Shown one piece after another: positions 19,022 to 28,474 of a stretch of DNA of 64,000 nt. The notes below the pieces were generated by a model, which saw only the letters and a program-made list of their open reading frames with translations, ran no database searches and was not told the origin of the DNA. The position numbers were made by a program, and so were the translations under genes. Source of the stretch: Candidatus Omnitrophota bacterium (GTDB taxonomy: Bacteria; Omnitrophota; Gorgyraeia; Zapsychrales; Fredricksoniimonadaceae); the NCBI GenBank assembly GCA_028870995.1, contig JAGWOI010000001.1:100782-164781 (forward strand), given 5' to 3'. The number at the start of each line of letters is the position of its first letter. The stretch's first letter is position 1.

Positions 19022-20742
19022 TGCTTCCCACCCAACAGACGTTCAAGGAGATCCTGCTGCGCGACCGGCTGGTCAGCCTGGAGGACCTCGACCGCGCCCT
19101 TGAAGAGCAGGAAAGGTCCGGCGGAGAGTTAAGCCGCATTCTCCTGAAGCTGAAATTAATCACCGAAGACCAGCTCAGCGTCGTTTTAAGCGAAGCCCTG
19201 CAGTTGCCGCTCATTAATTTGAATTTTTTCAGGATCGACCCGTTACTTTTAAAACTGATCCCCAAGGAGACCGCCGAGAAATGCCTGGTGCTGCCCATCT
19301 CCAAGCTGAATGACCAGCTGACCCTGGCGATGGTGGACCCCTTGGACATCCTGACCATCGACAATATCAAGGCCATGACCTCCATGTCGGTGAGCGTCGT
19401 TCTGGCCCGGCCCAAGGAGATGCGCGCGGCCATCGAGCGCAGCTATGTGCGCAGCAACTCCGCCGACCTCGAGGAGATATTCCACGATATCAAGGAAAGC
19501 AGGGAGGCGGAAAAATTCGAACTGGTCAAGGAAAACGCCCAGCCCAAGAGGGGTATCGAGGACGTCAGCCAGGATGCGCCCATCGTGGCCCTGACCAACA
19601 CCATCATTCATCAGGCGGTGGCGGCCAAGGCGAGCGACGTGTTCATCGAGCCCATGGAGAACTGCTTGCGCATCCGTTACCGGGTCGACGGCTACATCCG
19701 GGAAATCGACCGCATGTCCAAAAGCCTGCATTTTCCCCTGATCTCCCGCGTGAAGGTCATTTCCAGTCTCGACATTGCCGAGCACCGGCTGCCGCAGGAC
19801 GGGAGGTTCAGGATCACCACCAAGGAACATCAGGAAGTGGACTTTCGTGTCAACGTGCTGCCCACGGCCATGGGGGAGAAGATCGTGCTGCGGGTGCTGG
19901 ATAAGAACCAGGAAATGGCCAACATCGATAAATTGGGGTTTGAACCCGATGCGCTGTCCCGGTTGAAAAATTGCTGCGGCCGTCCCCACGGGTTGATCCT
20001 GGCCTGCGGGCCCACCGGCAGCGGCAAGACCACCACCCTGTACGCCATCCTGAAATATGTGGATTCCCCGGGCAAGAACATCGTGACCGTGGAAGATCCC
20101 GTCGAGTTCCAGATCAAAGATTTTAACCAGGTCAATATCCGCAGCGAGTTCGGCCTGTCCTTCCCGGCGGCGCTGCGTTCCATCCTGCGCCAGGACCCGG
20201 ACGTCATCCTGATCGGCGAGATCCGTGATTCCGAAACCATGGACATTGCGGTCAAGGCCGCGCTGACCGGGCATTTGGTCGTCTCGTCCCTGCACACCAC
20301 CACCGCCGCGGGTTCCATCACCCGCATGCTCAACATGGGGGTGGAGCCGTTTTTGATCACCTCCTCGGTCGTGGCCATTGTGGCCCAGCGCCTGGTGCGG
20401 CGGGTGTGCCAGCATTGCCGGGAGGCTCATACGCTTTCCGAGGAGTTGATGAAGGAATTCCGCGTCAAAGAATTGGTGCCGAACCATGACGGCAAGTTTT
20501 ACCGGCCGAAAGGTTGCGAGCAATGTTTGAACACCGGTTATAAGGGAAGGGTGGGGATCACCGAGACCCTGGTACTGTCAAGCAAGGTCAAGGAATTGAT
20601 CTTGAGTTCGGCCTCAGAGGCCCAGGTCAAAGCCGCGGCCCGGGCCGGCGGCATGAAAACCATGCGCGAAGACGCGGTGATCAAGGCTTCCCAGGGTCTG
20701 ACGACTTTGGAAGAAGTGATCCGCCTGACGGCGCCCGATTGA
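19021..20742 (+). CDS. pilB: Type IV pilus assembly ATPase PilB / GspE family (with N-terminal GspE_N domain)
   Basis: Walker A 'GPTGSGKTTT', Asp/His boxes, and tetracysteine 'CQHCRE...CEQC'. 573 aa. Confidence 0.85.
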   Translation: MLPTQQTFKEILLRDRLVSLEDLDRALEEQERSGGELSRILLKLKLITEDQLSVVLSEALQLPLINLNFFRIDPLLLKLIPKETAEKCLVLPISKLNDQLTLAMVDPLDILTIDNIKAMTSMSVSVVLARPKEMRAAIERSYVRSNSADLEEIFHDIKESREAEKFELVKENAQPKRGIEDVSQDAPIVALTNTIIHQAVAAKASDVFIEPMENCLRIRYRVDGYIREIDRMSKSLHFPLISRVKVISSLDIAEHRLPQDGRFRITTKEHQEVDFRVNVLPTAMGEKIVLRVLDKNQEMANIDKLGFEPDALSRLKNCCGRPHGLILACGPTGSGKTTTLYAILKYVDSPGKNIVTVEDPVEFQIKDFNQVNIRSEFGLSFPAALRSILRQDPDVILIGEIRDSETMDIAVKAALTGHLVVSSLHTTTAAGSITRMLNMGVEPFLITSSVVAIVAQRLVRRVCQHCREAHTLSEELMKEFRVKELVPNHDGKFYRPKGCEQCLNTGYKGRVGITETLVLSSKVKELILSSASEAQVKAAARAGGMKTMREDAVIKASQGLTTLEEVIRLTAPD

Positions 20743-22460
20743 TCATGGATACAACCCAGGAACGCATTTTAAAATCGCTCAAAGGCCTGCCGAATGTGAA
20801 TCCGGCGGATGTTGATGCCCTCCAGGAGATCCAGCAGGATAAAAGCATGAGCCTGGTGAAGGCCATCCTTAAGCAGGGCCTGGTCTCCGAGCAGGACCTG
20901 CTGGTGCTGCTCATGCGCGAGCTGCACATTCCTTCCATTGACCTGACGAAATACCGTCCGGACGATCGCCTCAAAACCCTTGTCAGCGAAAAAACCGCCC
21001 GGCAGTATGTGGTGGTGCCGCTTTCGTCGCTGGGACAGACCTTGACGGTGGCCATCGCCGACCCCTTGAATGTTTTTATCATGGACGATTTGCGCAACAT
21101 CACCGGCAAGGAAATCGAATGCGTGCTGGCACCGGCCAGCCAGATAGCGAAGGTCATCGACCGGTTCTATCAGGCGGCCCACAAGGAGCCGGCCTTCGAG
21201 ACACCCAAAGATTTCAAGGGTTTCGAGATACTCTCGTCCAAGGACAGCATGCAGGAGGCTTTTGCTTTTCAGGAAAAGGAAGCCATTGCGGTGGAAGAGG
21301 CGCCGGTCATCCGCATCGTCAATTTGATCATCAAGGAGGCGCTGCGGCAGAGGGCCTCGGACATCCATATAGAACCCCAGGAGGCCGGCATGCGGGTGCG
21401 CTACCGCATCGACGGGATATTGCAGGACATCCTGACCATCCCCAAGGAAACCAAGAACGCGGTGGCGGTGCGCATCAAGCTTATGGCCAAGCTGGATATC
21501 ACCAATACCCAGACGCCCCAGGATGGCCGGTTCAAGATGAAGATAGGCAAACAGGAAGTAGATTTCCGCGTGTCGATGCTTCCCACGACCTTCGGCCAAA
21601 AGATCGTCATGCGGGTATTGGATAAAAACAATCTTTCCATCGGCTTGTCCAGTTTGGGCTTTTCAAAACAGGCGCAAACCTTGTTGGAAGAGGCGGTTTA
21701 TAAACCCTACGGCATGATCCTGGTCACCGGTCCGACGGGCAGCGGCAAATCCACCACCCTTTATTCCCTCGTCAACAAATTAAATACCGCGGAGAAAAAT
21801 ATCATCACCATCGAAGAGCCGGTGGAATACCTGGTGGACGGCCTGACCCAGATCGAGGTCAAGCCGGAGATAGGCTTGAATTTTGCCATCGGCCTGCGCG
21901 CCGTGCTGCGGCAGTCCCCCGACGTGGTGATGGTGGGCGAGATCCGCGACGCGGAGACGGCGGACATTGCCATCAAGGCCTCGCTCACCGGGCAGATGGT
22001 GCTTTCGACCCTGCATACCAACAGCGCGGCCGACGCGGTCACCCGCCTGGTGGACATGGGGTTGGAGCCTTTTCTGGTGGCCTCTTCTCTGGTGCTCATC
22101 TGCGCCCAGCGCCTTTGCCGCCGTATCTGCGATTCCTGCAAAAGGCCCATGGAGATCCAGCCGGAGCTGCTGCAGAAGATCGAGCACCGGATCAAACCGG
22201 GGACGGTCTTGTACGAAGGCCGGGGTTGCGAGATGTGCCGCGGGACCGGATATAAAGGGCGGCTGGGGGTGACGGAAGTGCTGCAGATCGACGACACCAT
22301 CCGGGACATGCTGCTCAAGCGCTGCACTTCGATGGAGATCACCCGGTACGCCAAAGAAAATCAAGGGATGAAATTGCTTTTTGACGATGTCATTGATAAA
22401 ATGTTGGCTGGTGAGACTACTCTGACAGAAGTCTTTCGTGTCGCCAGTGAAGATGAATGA
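20739..22460 (+). CDS. Second full-length PilB/GspE family ATPase (paralog)
   Basis: Walker A 'GPTGSGKSTT', 'CRRICDSC...CEMC'. 573 aa with its own GspE_N domain. Confidence 0.85.
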   Translation: MIMDTTQERILKSLKGLPNVNPADVDALQEIQQDKSMSLVKAILKQGLVSEQDLLVLLMRELHIPSIDLTKYRPDDRLKTLVSEKTARQYVVVPLSSLGQTLTVAIADPLNVFIMDDLRNITGKEIECVLAPASQIAKVIDRFYQAAHKEPAFETPKDFKGFEILSSKDSMQEAFAFQEKEAIAVEEAPVIRIVNLIIKEALRQRASDIHIEPQEAGMRVRYRIDGILQDILTIPKETKNAVAVRIKLMAKLDITNTQTPQDGRFKMKIGKQEVDFRVSMLPTTFGQKIVMRVLDKNNLSIGLSSLGFSKQAQTLLEEAVYKPYGMILVTGPTGSGKSTTLYSLVNKLNTAEKNIITIEEPVEYLVDGLTQIEVKPEIGLNFAIGLRAVLRQSPDVVMVGEIRDAETADIAIKASLTGQMVLSTLHTNSAADAVTRLVDMGLEPFLVASSLVLICAQRLCRRICDSCKRPMEIQPELLQKIEHRIKPGTVLYEGRGCEMCRGTGYKGRLGVTEVLQIDDTIRDMLLKRCTSMEITRYAKENQGMKLLFDDVIDKMLAGETTLTEVFRVASEDE

Positions 22461-22482
22461 CCGGAGCAAGCCGGGGGCTTAA

Positions 22483-22911
22483 ATGGACGCTTATAAGGTT
22501 TTATTGGGCGAGATCCTGGTGCAGCGCAAAAGGATCACCCGCGAGCAGCTTGACGCTGCCCTCAAGAGGCAGAAGGAAAAGGGCGGCATCATCGGAGAGG
22601 TCCTGGTGGGTTTGGGGTTTCTCGATGAGCGTGATATCGTCGTAGCCCTGGTCATTCAGTGCGGGCTGCCCTATATCGCCGTCAACAAGTACGCCATTGA
22701 TCCGCAGATCGTGCGGCTGATCCCCAGGGACGTGGCCGAAAAGGAAAAAGTGATCGCCTTGGACCGTATCGGCGATGTCTTGAGTGTGGTGATGTGCAAT
22801 CCCTTGAGCGATGAACAGAAAAGCAGCCTGGAACATTTGACCCATTGCCGGGTGGCCACCTTCATTTCTACCAAAGCGGAAATTGAAGAAGCCATAGCCC
22901 GCAATTATTGA
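22483..22911 (+). CDS. Second stand-alone GspE_N (MshEN-like) domain protein
   Basis: 142 aa; 'LGEILVQRKRITREQLDAALKRQKEKGGIIGEVLV'. Confidence 0.6.
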   Translation: MDAYKVLLGEILVQRKRITREQLDAALKRQKEKGGIIGEVLVGLGFLDERDIVVALVIQCGLPYIAVNKYAIDPQIVRLIPRDVAEKEKVIALDRIGDVLSVVMCNPLSDEQKSSLEHLTHCRVATFISTKAEIEEAIARNY

Positions 22912-22914
22912 TCT

Positions 22915-24129
22915 ATGCCTACTTACTCATATTCTGCCCGTGATCAGGAAGGCAAGGACGTCGCCGGCCGGATCGCCGCCGATGACGAAGTCATGGTCGT
23001 GGCCGAGCTGCGCAAGCGTCAGCTGATCATTTTGGGCATTACGGAAGAAAAGCAGGAAACCGTTCAAAAGGCCTCCCCTAAAAAGCGTATCGGCAAGGTC
23101 AAGGCCGAAGACCTGGTCATTTTTACCCGCCAGTTCGCCACCATGGTGGACGCGGGGATACCTATCCTGCAGTCGCTGGAAGCCTTGATGGAGCAATCCT
23201 CCAATCCTAATCTTAAATCCGCCTTGACCGTCATTCATGAAGACATTCAACTGGGCAGCAGCCTTTCCAGTGCCTTCGAGAAGCACCCCAGGATCTTTGA
23301 TCAGTTGTATGTCAATATGATCCGTGTGGGGGAAAGCGGCGGGGTGTTGACCACCATCCTGGAACGTGTCGCCATGTACCAGGAAAAGAGCGAGCAGCTG
23401 CGCCAAAAGGTAAGGGGCGCCATGATCTATCCGGCGGTGGTCATGAGCATGGCCATGATCATCACCACGGGCTTGCTGATCTACGTGGTACCGACCTTTG
23501 CCCAGATCTATTCTTCGTTGGGCGCCAACCTGCCGGTCCTGACCCAGGTGTTGATCGATGTCAGCAACGCCCTTCAACATAATTTCATATTGATCGCCGC
23601 GGCCATCGGGCTGGCCATATTTCTTCTTGTCAAATATAGAAAAACGCCGGCAGGTCATCTCCAGACCGACCGTTTCCTGTTGAAGGTGCCTGTCTTTGGG
23701 GAATTGTTCTGCAAGGTCTCGGTCAGCCGTTTCTGCCGCACCCTGGCCACCCTGTCCCAAAGCGGGGTGCCCATCCTGGAATCCCTGGATATCGTGGGAA
23801 AAACCTGCGGCAACAAGGTCATCGAGATCCTGGTCGAGGACGTCAAAGCCAGCGTCAAGGAGGGGGAGAGCATTTCCGGGCCTTTGTCCAAGAGTACGGC
23901 CTTCCCGCTCATGGTCACCCGCATGATCTCCATCGGCGAGAAATCCGGGCAGCTGGACAAGATGCTTTCCAAGGTGGCGGAATTCTACGACGAGCAGGTG
24001 GATACGGCGGTGGAGAGTCTGACCAAATTGATCGAACCTTTTATTATTGCCTTTTTGGGGATCGTGGTGGGATTTATCGTGATCGCCTTGTTCCTGCCGA
24101 TATTGACCCTGGTGACGGTGATTCATTAA
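22915..24129 (+). CDS. pilC: Type IV pilus / T2SS inner-membrane platform protein PilC/GspF
   Basis: 404 aa with duplicated T2SS_F-like halves ('FTRQFATMVDAGIPIL' and 'FCRTLATLSQSGVPIL'). Confidence 0.85.
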   Translation: MPTYSYSARDQEGKDVAGRIAADDEVMVVAELRKRQLIILGITEEKQETVQKASPKKRIGKVKAEDLVIFTRQFATMVDAGIPILQSLEALMEQSSNPNLKSALTVIHEDIQLGSSLSSAFEKHPRIFDQLYVNMIRVGESGGVLTTILERVAMYQEKSEQLRQKVRGAMIYPAVVMSMAMIITTGLLIYVVPTFAQIYSSLGANLPVLTQVLIDVSNALQHNFILIAAAIGLAIFLLVKYRKTPAGHLQTDRFLLKVPVFGELFCKVSVSRFCRTLATLSQSGVPILESLDIVGKTCGNKVIEILVEDVKASVKEGESISGPLSKSTAFPLMVTRMISIGEKSGQLDKMLSKVAEFYDEQVDTAVESLTKLIEPFIIAFLGIVVGFIVIALFLPILTLVTVIH

Positions 24130-24133
24130 ACGT

Positions 24134-24967
24134 ATGCGATTCATTCTAGTTCTTATTGCTGGTACGGCGCTGATGGCATCCCCGGGTTTTGCCCAGCAGG
24201 ATGACCTGGGCACGGCTGTTGCGGGCCTGCAGTCCGTACTGACCAATTTAAAGCAGAGCGCCGAAAAATTGAGCGTTGACAATGACCAGTGGCGGTCCAA
24301 GAACAAGGAATCCGAAGCGCAGGTCATCCAATTACAGGCCCGGTTAAGCCAGCTTCAGGCCCAGGGGGATGATCTCACCAGGTCTGCCGACCGTTTGCAC
24401 GCGGAAAATCCCGGCCGGGCCCGGCAGATCGCCCGCCTGGAAAAAGAAAAATCGGATTTGGACGGCCGTATCCAGCAAGGGCAGAATGATATCAAGTCCA
24501 CCCAACAGTCACTGGACGCCCAGAATAAGGCTTATCAACAGACGGCCCACAGCCAAAAGGAAAAGTTGGTCCTGATGAAAATGATCAATGACAGCCAGCA
24601 GCGGCAGGCCCTGCTGCGCCAATCCATTGAAACTTTTAAGAAGGGGCTGGAGGCGCAGGCGGCGGCCGCAGAAGATATCAAGAATCCCCATCAAGGCGAT
24701 GATGCTGCGCTGCTTCAAATGGAGACGGATATAAAGACCCTGGAACAAAATTACGTGCAGCTCAAAGACTTGATGGCCCAGATGACCAGGCGATCACAGC
24801 ACCTGCAGAAGGCTGCCGGTCAGCGCCGCGAAGAAAGAAAATTGCAGGACGGCCTGGACGGCTTGGAGCGCCAGAATAAGCAGCTTAGGGTCCAATTGGA
24901 GAGTTTAAGCGCCAAAATGGTCGATCTGGACAAGCGCAAATCCCGTCTGGAACAAATGACCCGTTAA
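24134..24967 (+). CDS. Secreted coiled-coil protein of unknown function
   Basis: Signal peptide 'MRFILVLIAGTALMASPGFAQQ'. The remainder is Q/E/K/L-rich heptad-like sequence. Confidence 0.35.
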   Translation: MRFILVLIAGTALMASPGFAQQDDLGTAVAGLQSVLTNLKQSAEKLSVDNDQWRSKNKESEAQVIQLQARLSQLQAQGDDLTRSADRLHAENPGRARQIARLEKEKSDLDGRIQQGQNDIKSTQQSLDAQNKAYQQTAHSQKEKLVLMKMINDSQQRQALLRQSIETFKKGLEAQAAAAEDIKNPHQGDDAALLQMETDIKTLEQNYVQLKDLMAQMTRRSQHLQKAAGQRREERKLQDGLDGLERQNKQLRVQLESLSAKMVDLDKRKSRLEQMTR

Positions 24968-24969
24968 TT

Positions 24970-25515
24970 TTGGCCATTGACTTTACCGTTTCCTTGTCTT
25001 ATAATTTCCCCATTATGTTAGCGCTCATCATCATTGTCTTTGGTTTTCTGTCACGGATCGTCGTGCATACGCCTAATTTTTCGCCGGTCTTGAGCCTGAG
25101 CCTGTTTGCAGGCGTCTATCTTAAAGGCCGCCAGCCCTTTTGGGTGCCGCTGGCCCTGATGGCGTTGGGCGATGCTTTCCTGGGTTTTCATCCCATCTTT
25201 ATCTATACGTGGGGCAGTATTCTCATGATCAGCCTGACAGGCCTCTGGCTGAAAACCCATAAGAATTGGACCAACATCCTTTTGACCAGCCTATTGTCTT
25301 CCATCATTTTTTTTGTGGTAACCAATTTCGGAGATTTCCTGATTTTATATCCTCATACCATGGCCGGTTTACAGCATTGCTATATTGCGGCCATTCCTTT
25401 TTACCGCAGCACGCTTGTTTCAACTTGCGGCTATAGCCTTGTCTTATTTTCCCTTTGGGAATTTATTATTTTGCGTCGAGAAAATAGCATATCAACCAAG
25501 GAAAGCACGGTTTGA
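24970..25515 (+). CDS. Small polytopic membrane protein (possible ECF-type substrate-capture component)
   Basis: 181 aa, about 5 TM helices. Family assignment is uncertain. Confidence 0.25.
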   Translation: MAIDFTVSLSYNFPIMLALIIIVFGFLSRIVVHTPNFSPVLSLSLFAGVYLKGRQPFWVPLALMALGDAFLGFHPIFIYTWGSILMISLTGLWLKTHKNWTNILLTSLLSSIIFFVVTNFGDFLILYPHTMAGLQHCYIAAIPFYRSTLVSTCGYSLVLFSLWEFIILRRENSISTKESTV

Positions 25516-25665
25516 TTCCGTCACGGTCCCGCTGCGGTGGTTTGGTCAGGAACTCCGGCCAATAAGTCCGAATGCTTGGTGATATTTTGAACCTGCCTTT
25601 TTAGAGCAGGGGCGATGTGCTGCGAGAGACAGCTGCATGCGCCATACATTGAGTCCGTGTTGCAC

Positions 25666-25705
25666 GGGAACACCCTCAATCGTTTAACGATTGAGGGTTT
25701 TTTAT
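25666..25705 (+). terminator. Perfect hairpin plus U-tract (CCCTCAATCG TTTAA CGATTGAGGG TTTTTTATTT) in the leader of the TonB-receptor gene
   Basis: 10-bp perfect stem followed by a run of T. It lies about 20 nt upstream of the ATG at 25721. Confidence 0.5.
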
Positions 25706-25720
25706 TTCGGGGAGGGTGGT

Positions 25721-27739
25721 ATGAGGATTTTTGTTATGCTGATGATAGGTGTTATCTTTGGTGCTAATTTGGTCAAAGGGCAGGAGGGGGGGGAATTGGA
25801 ACCGATCGTGGTCGAGGCCTCGCGCAGCAATGACACGGCCGGTCAAATGAACAAAGATGTGACCGTCATTACTGCCGCTGATATTGCCGCCTCGCCTGCC
25901 CAAAGTCTGCCGCAGCTGCTGAGCCAGGAGGCAGGTATCGATGCCAGGACCAACAGCAGCATCAAGGACACCCAGATCAATATGGGGCAGTTCGGGGAGT
26001 CAAGCACGGCCAATGTGCTTATCCTGGTCGACGGCAGGCGTCTGAATACGGCCGACCTGGCAGCGCCTGACCTTTCGCTCATCGACCTGAATTCAGTTGA
26101 TCATATCGAGATCATCCAGGGAGCGGGCAGCGTGCTTTACGGGGACAATGCCGATGGGGGGGTTATCAATATCGTCACCAAAAAAGGCATAGCAAACACC
26201 AAACCTTCGGTTTTGCTCACCAGCGAGGTCGGCAGTTATAAGGGTACCAAGGAGGGGATGTACCTGACCGGCGGTCTGCCGAAATTGTCTTACCAGTTTG
26301 ACTATGCCCATCAACAAAGCAATAATTACCGCACCAACAATCTTTATTGGGCCAATGACTACGGTGCCCGCCTGGATTATAACCCGACGGATGTCTTCGG
26401 CATCGATTTTTCTCAAGGGTATCACCTGGACCGCTATCGCCTTCCAGGGGCGATAAGTACGGACCAGATCAATACGGCCGGTTTCAGGGGTGTTCATTCC
26501 GGTTCGATTTCCTACGGCACGACCTCTGATTCTCATTTCGATCTGACCCCTCATCTTAGAGTTGAACAAGGACAAAGCCGGATGGATTGGTCCCTCTTTA
26601 CGTCATTTAGGAAGACCGATAATAATGTCGTCTATCCGAATTTTCCTGAGGCTCTTAATTATGAACGGGAGTCATATGAGTTCCAGCCGAAATTGATCTG
26701 GTCAATGCCGTTGACCGACCGCCTGGACAATAAATTGACCGGCGGTTATGACTACATTTATTATAAGGAGAACCGGCGCATCAACGTCACGGGAAGCCCG
26801 CAGGACATTGTTGATGCCAGGGAGGCTTCACAGGGGGTTTATTTGCTCGATGAGTTGACCATGGACCGCAAATGGCTGCTCAATGCAGGCGTTCGAGGTG
26901 CCTGGGCCGCCTACAATTTTCATCAAACACAGCCGCAGAGCCAGCTGGCCAAATTACTCCGTTCCGATACGACGGAAGGCTACGAAGCGGGGTTAGGGTA
27001 TAAGTATAACCGTTACTCAAAAATATTCGTCAATTATTCCCATACCTACCGCCTGCCTAATCTTGACGAGTTCTTTCAATATCCTTATCCGGGGTATAAC
27101 GGTTCGGCCATCAATACCGCGCTGACCTTCCAGAAGGGCAACCAATACCAGCTGGGTATCAGGGACAATACCTTCAAGGACGTCCATTTGGGGTTTATCG
27201 CCACTGAGGCCCAATATAAGAATGAGATTTACGACGACCTGATTGATTCCAGTGCGGTCTTTGCTAATGCCAATTACAACGCCAGGACCAGGCATTACAG
27301 CGAGGCGGGGGACATCGCGGTCGATCTCTTCGCCAAGAGAGTTTCGCCTTATGCCAACGTGACCTTCCAGCAGGCCAGCTTTATCAGCGGCCTTTATTCA
27401 GGCCATCAGATCCCCGATGTGCCGGACCATCTTGCCCATGCCGGCGTGATTTACCGGCCGCTGCCGGGTTTAAGCACAAGGATGCAAACCACCTTTGTCG
27501 GGAAACGCTTCGGTATCGGGGATGACCAGAACATTTACGCCAAGCTCAAGCGTTATGAGACAGTGGATTGGAATATTAAATATGATTATAAAAACATGGA
27601 ATTTTGGTTTGCGCTCAATAATATATTCAATAGGCAGTATTTTGTTTACGGCACCAGCTATGCCGCCGCATCCAATGATGAGGCGTATTACCCGGCGCCC
27701 GGCCGTAATGTGGCTGCCGGCCTAAAGATCAGGTTTTAA
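25721..27739 (+). CDS. TonB-dependent outer-membrane receptor
   Basis: SD GGGGAGGGTGG precedes the ATG at 25721; the TTG at 25691 lies inside the terminator. The protein has a signal peptide, a plug domain, a long beta-barrel, and a C-terminal '...GLKIRF' aromatic end. Confidence 0.85.
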   Translation: MRIFVMLMIGVIFGANLVKGQEGGELEPIVVEASRSNDTAGQMNKDVTVITAADIAASPAQSLPQLLSQEAGIDARTNSSIKDTQINMGQFGESSTANVLILVDGRRLNTADLAAPDLSLIDLNSVDHIEIIQGAGSVLYGDNADGGVINIVTKKGIANTKPSVLLTSEVGSYKGTKEGMYLTGGLPKLSYQFDYAHQQSNNYRTNNLYWANDYGARLDYNPTDVFGIDFSQGYHLDRYRLPGAISTDQINTAGFRGVHSGSISYGTTSDSHFDLTPHLRVEQGQSRMDWSLFTSFRKTDNNVVYPNFPEALNYERESYEFQPKLIWSMPLTDRLDNKLTGGYDYIYYKENRRINVTGSPQDIVDAREASQGVYLLDELTMDRKWLLNAGVRGAWAAYNFHQTQPQSQLAKLLRSDTTEGYEAGLGYKYNRYSKIFVNYSHTYRLPNLDEFFQYPYPGYNGSAINTALTFQKGNQYQLGIRDNTFKDVHLGFIATEAQYKNEIYDDLIDSSAVFANANYNARTRHYSEAGDIAVDLFAKRVSPYANVTFQQASFISGLYSGHQIPDVPDHLAHAGVIYRPLPGLSTRMQTTFVGKRFGIGDDQNIYAKLKRYETVDWNIKYDYKNMEFWFALNNIFNRQYFVYGTSYAAASNDEAYYPAPGRNVAAGLKIRF

Positions 27740-27742
27740 CGA

Positions 27743-28474
27743 ATGCAGAAAGCCATTTTCAATTGGAGCGGCGGCAAGGATTCTTCTTTGAGCCTCTATT
27801 ATCTTTTAAGGTCCAAGGAATTTGATATCCGGTATCTCGTCACTTCAGTCAATACCAAGTTCAACCGGATCTCCATGCATGGGGTGCGGGAAGCCTTGCT
27901 GCATCAGCAGGCTGAAAGTATCGGCATACCTTTACGTAAAATCATGGTGCCGGAGATGCCCACGATGGAGATTTACAATGACTTGATGGAGCAGGCGCTC
28001 GTCGGTTTCAAGAAAGAGGGGATAGGACATTCCGTATTCGGGGATATTTTTCTCGAAGATTTAAAGAAGTACCGGGAAGAACGCCTGGCGCGCGTGGGGA
28101 TGAAAGGCGTTTTTCCCATCTGGAGGATCCCTTCGCTTAAACTGGTGCGCGAGTTCATCGACCTGGGATTTAAGGCCGTGCTGGTCTGCGTGGACGAAAA
28201 GGTGCTGGACCGCTCCTTTGTGGGGCGGCCCTTGGATGAGGCCTTGTTGAAAGATTTGCCGGCCAAGGCTGATCCCTGCGGCGAAAACGGGGAGTACCAC
28301 TCTTTTGTCTACGATGGACCGATTTTCAGTTATCCCGTTGCCTTTGACATAGGCGAGATAGTGCACCGTGATTACGCTGCCGCCGTTCAGACAGGCAGCA
28401 GCGTTTGCTCAACCTCATCGCCGGCGGTGCACACGGGTTTTTGGTACTGTGATTTGATTCCTAAAGACGTATGA
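27743..28474 (+). CDS. Dph6-related PP-loop ATP pyrophosphatase (MJ0570-like)
   Basis: 'FNWSGGKDSSLSLYY' PP-loop motif. 243 aa. Confidence 0.65.
   Translation: MQKAIFNWSGGKDSSLSLYYLLRSKEFDIRYLVTSVNTKFNRISMHGVREALLHQQAESIGIPLRKIMVPEMPTMEIYNDLMEQALVGFKKEGIGHSVFGDIFLEDLKKYREERLARVGMKGVFPIWRIPSLKLVREFIDLGFKAVLVCVDEKVLDRSFVGRPLDEALLKDLPAKADPCGENGEYHSFVYDGPIFSYPVAFDIGEIVHRDYAAAVQTGSSVCSTSSPAVHTGFWYCDLIPKDV

Noticed and set aside
19249-20523. 424-aa minus-strand ORF inside pilB
   Set aside because: Shadow ORF opposite a conserved ATPase. Its composition is dominated by G/R/H/D/Q, typical of antisense GC-rich coding DNA.
22927-24327. 466-aa minus-strand ORF across pilC and the coiled-coil gene
   Set aside because: Antisense to two plus-strand genes with good motifs and RBSs. 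No recognisable domain.
25691-25720. TTG start proposed by the ORF track for the TonB-dependent receptor
   Set aside because: That start lies inside a perfect terminator hairpin. The ATG at 25721 has a strong SD (GGGGAGGGTGG) and yields a proper signal peptide.
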